A stretch of 63,599 nt of DNA, the filler included, from Atractiella rhizophila (lineage: Eukaryota), in the NCBI GenBank assembly GCA_021432655.1. It is 9 parts of 6 records of this genome, joined end to end, with 100 filler letters (N's around TTAATTAATTAA, not from the genome) between each part and the next. Parts side by side here need not be neighbours in the genome. Positions count along the whole stretch, not along the records: positions 19,223 to 26,896 come from MU271389.1; positions 26,997 to 33,008 come from MU271390.1; positions 33,109 to 35,931 come from MU271390.1; 6 more parts are not named here. One strand, written 5' to 3'. The notes below the pieces were generated by a model, which saw only the letters and a program-made list of their open reading frames with translations, was not told the DNA's origin and ran no database searches. Every line of letters begins with the position of its first letter. Within the stretch, counting starts at the first letter, position 1. Of this stretch, positions 25,316 to 36,031 are shown one piece after another. The translations under genes and the position numbers were made by a program.

Positions 25316-26896
25316 ATGTTCCGCACCATGGCGTTCTCTCTTATCGCGCCAGCCCCTAGCTATCCCCTCCCCAGTGTTTCTCAGTTGTCCAGTTTTATTC
25401 GAGATTTATCCCCGTCCAACCCCTCCCCAGCGAAAGCCAAACGGCCGCGTCCCAAGCCGTACAAATGTCTTTACGCTGGTTGCTCAAATGCGTACTCAAG
25501 GCCTTCGAAATTGGCTGACCATGAGCGCTCACACACAGGAGATGTACTTTTTACATTGCTCTTCATTGTAAAATAGGGAAACTGACCACTTTGGTCTGTT
25601 AATGTAGAGACCGTTTAGGTGCTTGCAATGTGGAAAGACGTATCGAAAGGATCAACATTTAACGGTCCATATGAGGACACATCTTTCAGAAGAAGATAGA
25701 ACGTTTGTTTGTGCGAATGAGGAGTGCGGGAAGCGATTTTGGACTGCAACTCATTTGAAGATCCATGTGAAGTCTCAACATGACGTTTCAGCGGAGGGGA
25801 AGCGGTATCAGGTGAGCAATTGCTTTGCCATGTTTGGGCGCTCGTTGGATGTTGGAGCTTACAAAGATTTTGCCAACGTCGCTTCGAAAGAGGCACCACT
25901 GGCTTCCCTATATTTTGGGAGGAGCGGTAACGACGTCTTTCCGATCGAAATTCATATAATTTATTCTCAACGATCGTACCAATGGCACACATTGATGGAT
26001 GACGATTAAGCCGGTCTGGTTTCTTGTTGTAGAAATACGGATGACTTTGATCATCCTACATTTTATTTATTCGTTCCTGCAGTTTAACAGTTACCAGGTG
26101 CTAATATTAAATCTGCTTGAAGTGTCCAGATTGTCCACAACACTTTCGAAAACATCATCTCTTGCGCTCGCATATGCATCTCAATCATCCGACCTCTAGC
26201 GCTCTCCCGTTCCCCTGCACGCACGATAATTGTTCAAAATCCTTTGACTCTGCATCGAAACTACGTGCGCATATGAAGTCACACGACCCGAATCGATACG
26301 TTTGCACACATCCGAATTGCTTAAAAGAAGGAATGTCAGCGTCTTTCTCCAAATGGTCTGACCTGCAACGACACACAAAGGAGTTTCATCCACCAAAGTG
26401 CCATTTTGATGAATGTCGAGAGAAGACGTTTGGAAGCCGGCGGAATTTGAGAAATCATCTGAGGAGCCAGCATGGGGAGAGGGGCAGCGAGAATGAAGGT
26501 GAAGGAAAGAAGCGGAAGCGAGGGCTAGAAGATTTTCAAGGTGTTGGCGAGGAAGAAGAGATGTTTTATTGTGAGCGAGAAGGATGTGAACAATTAATTT
26601 TCAAGCATGTCTGTCTTCGCTTTATTTCACGTAAGGCATGCCTAAAAGATACTGCAGTCACGAGCTCTCACGTACCATGTCCAACGTGCCCACCCCGAAC
26701 TCCTTAAATTCCTTTGCTCGCACGATTCTTGCGCCTACGCTGCACTTTCCCGCGCTGTCCTCAATAAGCACATTCAGAGACAGCATCCGTCCTCCGCTCC
26801 TCATCTGCCGCCTAACCTCATACCGACATCAAACCCCCTCCCCTCGTCTTCCTATCCAGGTAATCCCTCTCTTGAGCCTGTCACCTACCTTTCTGC
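25316..26896 (+). CDS. Multi-C2H2 zinc-finger protein, transcription factor IIIA-like (3' end cut by contig end)
   Basis: Tandem fingers YKCLYAGCSNAYSRPSKLADHERSHTG, CGKRFWTATHLKIH, FRKHHLLRSH, FPCTHDNCSKSF, SHDPNRYVC and FSKWSDLQRHTKEFHPPKC, followed by a spacer and further fingers. This layout matches fungal TFIIIA (Pzf1/Sfc2). Confidence 0.75.
25826..25987 (+). ncRNA. Candidate structured RNA element inside the 311-nt TFIIIA intron
   Basis: Pairings seen by eye: TGCCAT/ATGGCA, TTGG/CCAA, CGCTCGTTG/CAACGATCG, ACGTCG/CGACGT, GCTTC-GAAA-GAGGC and CTTCCC/GGGAGG. Confidence 0.4.
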
Positions 26897-27593
26897 NNNN
26901 NNNNNNNNNNNNNNNNNNNNNNNNNNNNNNNNNNNNNNNNTTAATTAATTAANNNNNNNNNNNNNNNNNNNNNNNNNNNNNNNNNNNNNNNNNNNNGTCG
27001 CCAGTGTGGACAAGTTTCGAGTTATGATGGGTTTGCGCCCCTACCCAAGTGTCTGAGGCAGTTATGGGGCGCAATAAAAATCCTTTCCTCCTCTGTGGGG
27101 TTATAAGACGCCGCTTTAAGCGGTACGAGGACTTTCCCTCTTCTTTTCATTGCAAAACTAATACGCTTTCTGCTTTATATCGAGTATACATTGTGTGCAT
27201 TCGGTGGGAGATTCTCTGGATTTGGTGGGAGCATCAAGAGACAGCTGCCCAGGTGGGAGTGTTAGTTGTAGTGTGTTGTTTTGGTCATCTGCCTCTTATG
27301 ACTCTTATGACTCGTATGAGTCATCACTATGTAGTTTAGTTCTGCCTAGGAGTGTTGGTGCTCATTATTGACCACCAAGCACTCCTAGGTATGTCTCTCT
27401 ATACTTCTCTAATGTGCTCATTATTGACCACCAACCACTCCTAGCCTTAGATCCTTACACCAGGTGCCATAGTTCTTCTCTCCAAGTGGGGTGATCAAAA
27501 TTTTACTTTCTTCAGACATGGCGATAAAATTCGAGTTTGGATCGTCTGATCTTCGTCGAAATGGGGGGATAGTGTTGGATTAGCTATTAAATT

Positions 27594-30500
27594 TAGGGAT
27601 GGCTATCGAAGTCGAATCGTAGCAGCTCCGCCGGCTCCGATGCCTTATCGTACATCGTTCGAAGGTTTTGAAGAATGGCGATTGTCGATTCGGCTCGATA
27701 CGATTCACAGCATCCATCGAACTGCCAGGCCACACTTTTTACGATTCGATACGATCCACGATTCGTGATTTTGGGTGACGGTATCAATAACAAGTCCTCA
27801 AGTCCTCACTGAGCCTCACTTCCGTTGTCACGACCTTTTTGTATCCGCCGCTCTATATAGCTCTTCCCCATCATATGCCTCTTTCAATTCAATTGATCTC
27901 AAGCTCATGGCAACATTGGAGGACTTTCTTGGGCTAGGAAAACGGTCCCGCACTTCAGTGGATATTGCGAAGAGGAACAATGAGGATGGAACTGCACTGA
28001 GCCAGTCCAAGAGGCGGAAGGATGAGGAATCAGAGTAGGCTGTTATTTCCTTCTTGAAAGGCTCAGTGATTGATATGTGCATGAAGGCACCAAAAGATAC
28101 CAGGCTATGCAGAGCTGAAGATCTTGCTTGCAGCCTCGCACACCCTCCAACCAGACCCAAAATATGTGTGTTTTTGTCAATGTCCACCCATTCCTTTGCT
28201 GATGAGGAGTTTATAGAGCACGGCGAAGCTCTTCGTTGCTTGTCAGAATCTCATTCATCAAGTTGCTTCGCTTCTTGAGGACGATGAGGAGCCCATTCAT
28301 CACACCTTCTCTCTCTGGCGCCCCGGTCTTGGTGATATTGGAGGAAAACAGGGACTTGTCGCGCTTCGAGTCCTATGGCTGAAACTTCTCCAAGTTGACG
28401 ACTCCTCCATACCAACCTATCTCCTCAATGCACGAAAGGATTCTATCTGTGCCGTTGCACATCAGATCCATGCAGTACTTGCTGCTGAAGGGCTGGTTGA
28501 CAATGTCGGGGGGAGTGACACAGAATATGATCCTGCAAAGGATGATAGCGGTGCCTTGGGCAAGGACGAGGAAGATCCCGTTGGGATGGAGATTGATGAT
28601 GTTGAGTTGGCAGAATCGCTGGAACAGAACAAGAAGGTGAATCCAAAGGGCAATAGGAGTACCCGAACAATGGTTTGTCTTCCCTTTGTTTTATGCTCGC
28701 TGACGAAATGTTTCTGGGAACAGATTTTTACCATTAACACGGTATCAGTCTCAACACTTAATCCGCTTGGACGAGAAGTCGCTGCAGACGATAATCAAAT
28801 GAACAATCAAGTAATTAAGTTCTATTCATATTAGCTTATGATCTCTCTGATGCATTCTTAGACTAAGTCGAAGAGGAGAAACCCTGTCTGGCTCTTCTAC
28901 TCCGTCATTTCAAAGTCCGATGCGCATCCTGACATACAAAATGGACACAAGACAGGAACAACCTACGTCAAATGCAAGCACTGTCGGTGGACAAATCAGA
29001 TCACCAAAAGCAGCAACGGAAAACTCACCCACCTCGAGGATCATCTTACCGGATCCCCATGCCATGTCAAGGCCACCGGTCCCCTCTTAAAGTTGTTAAA
29101 GAAAAAGTATGAAGACAAAGTGCCAATATCGGAGGAGGAAAAGAAGAAGGCAGGCAATGAGATTCCGGTCTGCATTCTTTCATTATTTATCGCAATACTT
29201 ATCTTTATGCATTGACAGATAACAATTGGCGAGGACAAAAGATCTGAGAGTCAGCTTGACATCCTTGATCAGCTGCAGGGCATGGCTCGCTTTGGGGATC
29301 AGGTACGTCATTCTTCTCTCTATCGTGCACTGCTTTTACTTACTTCTCAGTTACAGGGTTTCGATCAGACAAAGTTCTAAAACTTACTGATTAATTTTTT
29401 CATAACCACCGATCAGCCTTTTCAGCTTGTCGAAAATCCACACTTCCGTGACCTCCTCAACTGCCTCCAGTACACTTACCCGACCATGAAACCTGAACAC
29501 AAGGTTACACTTCCTAAAGTGTTGTCCTGGAATAGCGATGATGAGGGGGGTATGAGTGATGAAGAAGCAAATCTCAATGGTGCGGATGCAAAGTCCATGA
29601 AACTGCCAATGAGGAAGAGATTGAGGGAGGACGTGATGAAAAAAGGTGCCACTGTCATGTGTGATCTTAAGAAAGAGGTAATGGTGCGTATTTCATAGCT
29701 GTTTGTGAGCTATTTTAATTGAGTGGGTACAGGAGGCAGACACAACGATCAATCTTGCTCTAGATGCCTGGACCTCTGAGAATGGTTTTCCCTTTCTCTG
29801 CATCACTGGTACTTACATCAACCGTGATTGGGACCTCGTTGAAGTCGTTCTTGACTTCGCAGAGCTTCAAGGTTCGCATACCGGTGAGAATATGGCAGAG
29901 GTAGTGTGGAAATGCATCATGGACTTCAGAATTGCTTCAAACGTTTGTCTTCCACTTGCATTGCATGCGCTGACGCATTGGATAAATAACAGATTGGTTG
30001 CATTACCTCAGACAATGCATCTAACAACAACACGATGATGTCTGCTCTCGCTCAAAAATTTGCTTCTCGAGGCATTCCGTTCGATGCAAAGGAGCGACGG
30101 ATTCGATGCTTCCCCCACATCATCCATATTGCTGTCCTTGCCCTCCTTGATTCCCTTGGAGTATGGGCTAAACCTGATTCTGATGGAAAGAGGAAGAAGC
30201 GAAGCAAAAGTTATCAAGAATGTGTAACAGAGAAAGTTGGAGCAGTTCACGATGATGCGGCAAGGGCGGAGGATGAGTATTTGGAGGATGAGATCAGTTC
30301 CTTCAAAGGTGCTATCCCTAAAGTATGTCTATCATTTCTTCCCTTTTCCATTTGAACTGTGAATCTGAGTCCCAGTTGTCAGCTTCGCGCTTTAATAAGA
30401 GGCATCCGTAGTTCCCCAAATCGTCGCAACAACTGGCTCCAGGAGCTTGAGAAAGCTTTAACTGAGCTAGAGAGTATGTCCCGCGCTACACTGAGAATGT

Positions 30501-31894
30501 TGATTCTTGATGTCCGAACTCGTTGGGGCTCAACCCACGAGATGTTGGATCTAGCTAACAGATGCAGACCTGCTATTGACCGATATTGCGAACATTATGA
30601 ACTGGACAAGGATGAATGCCTGTCTGAAGCTGATTGGGAAGGAGTCAAGATTGTTTGCAAGTGGCTGCAGGCATTCAGAGATGCAACAATTCGCATGTCA
30701 ACAACTTCAACTCCCTGTCTTTCATTCACCCTCCTCCAGTACCATGGCTTGCTAAATCACCTAAAGAAGATAATCATAGCCTTCCCTCCTGACCTCTCCA
30801 AGGAATACCGAATTGGTCTCGTTGAAGCACACACAAAGCTTGCCGAATACCATTATCGCTCGGACGATTCCCCCTACTATGTTTATGCTGCTCGTAAGTG
30901 CTCATACATTCGTGGCTGATAATCCTTACTCCATTCATCAATTTACTGATCTTCACAATGGGAGTAGTTCTTGATCCTCAACTTGGGCCCACATTTTTTC
31001 AGCGCTCAATTTTCACCGAATTCGAAAAGGCTGCTGTCGAGCAGCACAAGCTCAATCTCATCGAATTATTCAAAACCAAATACTTTCCGAAATACGGCCA
31101 AGGCTTCTCTGTTCAGCCTCCGAACACATCTACAGAACTGAAGTCTACCGGATCTTATCTCGACGACGCCTTTAATGACAGTCATATCAATGACAGTGAC
31201 CTCGAAGGGCAGAATGCTTTAGCAGACATCGAAGCGAGGCGAGAGGTTGAGTACTACATGCAACAACGTCAACTCCCTGCTTCAGCTGACATCTTTGAGT
31301 GGTACCGGAATCGAGCAGAGGCAATGCCAGCATGGTCTCATATGGCAAGAGATATACTGTCTATCCCCGGTTTGTCCTTTGATGCCTCTCTTGTGTCCAC
31401 TGGATTGCTAGCTCATCGATTGCTTCAAAGGGTGTGCCGTTGGTGTTGAGCGAGTATTCTCAGGTGCAAGGGACACAATCGGGATCCGAAGGCACCGCCT
31501 AATGCCATCTACTATTGGGACCTTGATTATCACGAAGGCAAAGCTTGCATTAGATCGGACAAGGGAACGGAGAGCCCTGTTGAGGAAGCTGGAGGAACTC
31601 CGGAAACAGAAAGAGGGGGAAACTGTCGGAGCGTAGTTACTTGAAGAGCAGGAACATGACACCGTTGTGTGGAATAATTATGAGTTTTGCATTGAACCAG
31701 TTAGCCATGAATTTGTCCCTCCACCTTCTCTTGACCCGTAAACCGATCGACTGACGCCGCCTCAGTCGTATCGGAACCCATGTCGAACGAGGTTGACATT
31801 GACCTACCGTGCCGATACGATACGATACGGCTTCGGAGTCGCCGCGTATCGACTGATGCCCATCCGATACGATACGATTCGATAGCCATCCCTA
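27594..31894 (+). mobile_element. hAT-superfamily DNA transposon, 4301 bp
   Basis: 17-bp perfect TIRs TAGGGATGGCTATCGAA, 8-bp TSD ATTAAATT (27586-27593 and 31895-31902), and subterminal (C)GATAC/ACGAT repeats at both ends. Confidence 0.95.
27907..31636 (+). pseudogene. hAT transposase (spliced; premature TAA at 29378-29380)
   Basis: BED finger (VWLFY...CKHC...HLEDHL), LALDAWTS, ITSDNASNN, RIRCFPHIIHIAV, LDVRTRWGST and the hATC dimerisation region WSHMARDILSIP..VERVFS. An in-frame stop lies in FDQTKF*NLLINFFITTDQPF. Confidence 0.85.
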
Positions 31895-34800
31895 ATTAAA
31901 TTTCATGGTGTTGTCTTTGTGTAGTCAGCCACCCTTGCTGTGTTTACTCACTTCGTAGTTTTTCTCACTAGGGGGCAGTCTTGGTGGTCATCATCTTTGA
32001 CCACCAACTCCTGTCCCCTAGGTATGTGTTTCCTTATCAATCCTATCATCTTTGACCACCAACTCCTGTCCCCTAGCTCCATCCAGCGTCTATTCCTCTC
32101 ATGGTAGCGAGAGCTGACCCTGCATACCCGGGTTCGAACCCCTGTCTGAGCACTTTAGCCATATTGTGAGCGTGGGGAAAACCACTATAAAAACTGTTGA
32201 GTGGGTGCTCTTCCCCACTATAAATGATGGAAGGAAATGGTTGTGGCAGAGAAACTGGTTGCAGACAGTACAGATTAGGGAAGGGTGTTGAACCTTGGGT
32301 ATAAAGGGTTAATCTGCACTGTTGGGAATGACTGGTCATTTTAGTGCAATTGGCTAAATCCAGCAGATAGGGCCTTAGGAGGGTCTCGATTATGATCCCA
32401 AAGTCTTGAATCGATTGGACAAAGGATGGCTGAGTGGTCAAAATTTTCAACCAAGTGGGTGGCAAAATTGAAAATTGCAATTCCAACTGATCTGTCAATC
32501 CCTAGCCACTGCTCTTGCTACCATGCTGAGGAATAGACGCTGGATGGAGCTAGGGGACAGGAGTTGGTGGTCAAAGATGATGACCACCAATACGGCCCCC
32601 TAGGGAGAAAACCTACGAAGTGAGTAAACACAGCAAAGGTGGCTGACTACACAAAGACAACACCATGAAATTTAGCAGTTAATCCGACAACTAAGACACG
32701 GTGGGCACGAAAATGGTGCTGTTAAACATCCATGTGAATTTCGGACTTGTCTGTTGAGTTTCTGGGTAATGCACAATAAGTCCTGAGTGCCTTTGAGGTA
32801 TCATAGAAGATGCTTGGCCGCTTCATGGTGCCTCTTTCCTGGATTAGAGAGGTATTTCCGAAGTACAGGGACTGGATGAGCAATATCTGGCTGAGTCGAG
32901 ATGGCTAGCAATCGTAATGCATGGGTACACCAGAATCACCATTCCTAAGAAGAAATGTGTTCATTACAACTTTCACTTTCAGTTTTGGAAGAGATTGTTG
33001 TGGCCACCNNNNNNNNNNNNNNNNNNNNNNNNNNNNNNNNNNNNNNNNNNNNTTAATTAATTAANNNNNNNNNNNNNNNNNNNNNNNNNNNNNNNNNNNN
33101 NNNNNNNNAGTTTTGGAAGAGATTGTTGTGGCCACCCCTGGTAACGTTCTTTGGTACAAACTTTCTCCATTCGGGTTCAAGGATGCTAACGAAAAGAAGG
33201 AAACGGACTGCATTAGAGAGAGCATGTGCAGAATCAGCAGAGAGTAGTTCAGCGTAATTCCAGTAGTGATGAACTGTGCTATAAGACGTGTATTCAAATC
33301 CGTTCACTATAATTGTATGACCTATAACGGCCAGTGTTATACTGTAGAGTGCATGCATCTTCATGGCTATGAAGCTATGTTTTCCGTGAAAAGCAGATTT
33401 CTTGCAGTGAGGTCCGAGTTTACAAGGATGATCACAACCGCCTTGGTGTTCCCAGCCTCCCAACACTCTATAGCACCCTCCCATTGTGATGGATTGTTGA
33501 AGGCAGTGCGTAGTGGTTGGGTGTGGCAAAATTCTCCGTCCAAACCTGCTCATCTAATGCATAGTGATAAACCATATGGACCTAAGGACCCATCTTCATT
33601 GTGGCCAACCAACTTATAAAACCTGCTTGTAGAATGGAAGGCACTTCATCAATAATGAGTCGTGTAGACCCAGTTGAAGATTCTATATCAATTGCATGGA
33701 AGCAATGTGGAGGTGATGACACGTGGAAAGGAGGGATTAAGGATTCAGTTGTATTCAAAGGGCAGGAGACAGTAGTCTGGTAGGGTGATCTGAGGTATAT
33801 GGAGAGGATCTCTATCATTGAATGGTATAAGGTATCAAGACGTATACAGGCAGTTTAGTAAAGGATGTTGTCAAACCCAATACTTAACAATCAAGGAGAT
33901 ACTTGTGGATCACACATGGCTCGTGCTACCATATAAGTTGATCCCCAGTGAAGATCAGACGGTGGAACACTGAGGAATCGGGATGTGAACAAACCTAGCC
34001 GCAGGTACATGTTGTAATGTAGGAAGTAACTGGAGTGAAAAACCAATGAATGTGCAGTCGTGTCAAAGAGTGAACAGACAGAGAGAAAGGTATAGTCTGC
34101 AAGCAATGAAATGAGTGGATGTGAAGGAAGCTAAAGGGAACAGAGTCACCTGAGGTGACAGTATCATTTTCTCACATCAATTACTGTCTGCTGTGTCATG
34201 TTGCCTGATGTGGCCACCATAGACTATGTAACATTGTAAGAAACTGCCTTAATTCTTTAAAACTAAAAGTGTCAGTGTAAGTGGGTAGAAAAGCCTAGTG
34301 CAATAGGTAAAACAGATTTTTTACTTGTAAAAAAGGTACCTCAAGTGAATACAGAAATGATATCAAGATGTCAGGATCACCTCTAGATCCCCTATTTTTT
34401 GGCCTATTTGGTATTGTGGGTTTCAATTCATGTTTGTGTTGCTTTTTGCATTTTCTGTTTCTACATCTCTTTTGCCCTACATATCATCTGACCTTTACAT
34501 CCTATCTTGGATAGAGTCAGAGTCATAGTTTGTAACTGTGCAGTCCTTTGTATATAGGCAAGACAATGTCCCTGAGAGACCTAGTTTGTGCTCACATGAT
34601 TTCTGCACTTGCAGTACAGAACTCAATATATTCACTGATTGAACAATTTATACAAGTCACATGATTTTCAACAAACTATCGATTCTTGTTGGCGTCCGCT
34701 ACTCCACGTCACACTCATCCATATTTATGTTCCCACTGAAACAAGTGTATTCAGATGACCCAGCCAAGGCAGCTTGACCAACTGTGCACAAATGAGGGGT

Positions 34801-34983
34801 GAGGGTAATGCCAACATTAGGAGATGGATAGTCTAGACATGGAATAAGATCTGAGGAATATGTCTCTTTATTCAGCTGGATCAAAATCCCAACTCATCTG
34901 GATACAGTTGGTAAATGGCTGACCTCATCCAGTCATTACCAGTTGAATATAACCGTACTGATAGATGTATATAGATGGACTCT

Positions 34984-35341
34984 TGTTAGGGCTGACACTA
35001 TGTGCGGTCGCCAACGGGCGATGCATCTGCAGTGGAGATAAACCTAAGAGCATGATATGACATGAAGACTAACCTGTAGTGGAGATAAACCTAAGAGAAT
35101 ACTCTAAGGTCACCTCCACTACTCTCTGATCTATATATACAAGCGGAATAACACTGCCACAAAGCGTAGAGGAGAGCAGATGAAACGTGTAAGAGAACTA
35201 GAAGGGGAAGTGACAGTGGGATTACGCGGAGTTAATAAGAGAGGACAGGCACAATTGGGCTAAGTGGTGATGTAGGTGCAAATGGGCGACTGGAGACGCA
35301 GTGGCGACGGGCGCCGATTTGCGTAAGATGCAAACCTGACA
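34984..35341 (-). repeat. 3' LTR of the gypsy element
   Basis: Near-identical to 40751-41111. Confidence 0.95.
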
Positions 35342-36031
35342 ACACCCCCCAGTTTCTGTGGTGCTTGCAGTAAGCAGAAACTTCTGCTTCGTGAGGTTTG
35401 CCAATTTTGCGAAAAGTGCTTGAAGTACCAGCCGCCGCTCGGACAGAGATGAAATTGTTGGAGCAAAGAGACATTGTGTACCTCGCAATTTGAGGAATTT
35501 TTTCAAAGTTGACCAGGTGTTTTTTTGGTGTAATAAGTGTCCATTCTGCGAAAACGGGCTAGACAACTCACCAACAAACCGGTTGCCTAGACCTATGTTC
35601 AACAATGTGGCTAGGGATTCACCCAGCGAGGCGTGTAGAGGAGTAGGACCTCTTAAAGTGAGGGGGAGGGGACCTCACGATTGAGGGCAATTTTCATAAA
35701 TGCGATATTGGTGATGGTACGAGAACGCAATGAGCATTCGTCTTTGACCGCCGACGAATGGACTCACCAGCGACCAAGTCGCCGACTTGTCCGTTGAGGA
35801 ACAAGTCGGCGCCTTGCCTTGACCTAAGTATCAAAGACTAGGATTTCACCCGGCAAGGCATATAGGGGTGTTGGACCCCTTAAAGTGAGGAAGACCCTTC
35901 AGCGCGTTTTCGTCGAAGGTTACGAAAACGCNNNNNNNNNNNNNNNNNNNNNNNNNNNNNNNNNNNNNNNNNNNNTTAATTAATTAANNNNNNNNNNNNN
36001 NNNNNNNNNNNNNNNNNNNNNNNNNNNNNNN

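Larger units (their letters stand above)
27571..32692. repeat. Inverted-repeat (foldback-like) host element interrupted by the hAT
   Basis: 32511-32692 is the reverse complement of 31903-32114, and the match continues across the hAT TSD into 27571-27593. Confidence 0.65.

Noticed and set aside
27358..27443. Repeat-spacer-repeat pattern resembling a CRISPR array
   Set aside because: Eukaryotic context, only two imperfect units and no cas genes. It belongs to the surrounding repeat element.
32085..32152. tRNA-like T-loop GGGTTCGAACCC
   Set aside because: No matching acceptor stem or convincing D and anticodon arms could be built.
32981..33136. 28-bp direct repeat AGTTTTGGAAGAGATTGTTGTGGCCACC on both sides of a spacer
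   Set aside because: This is an unmerged contig-end overlap, not a TSD or biological repeat.
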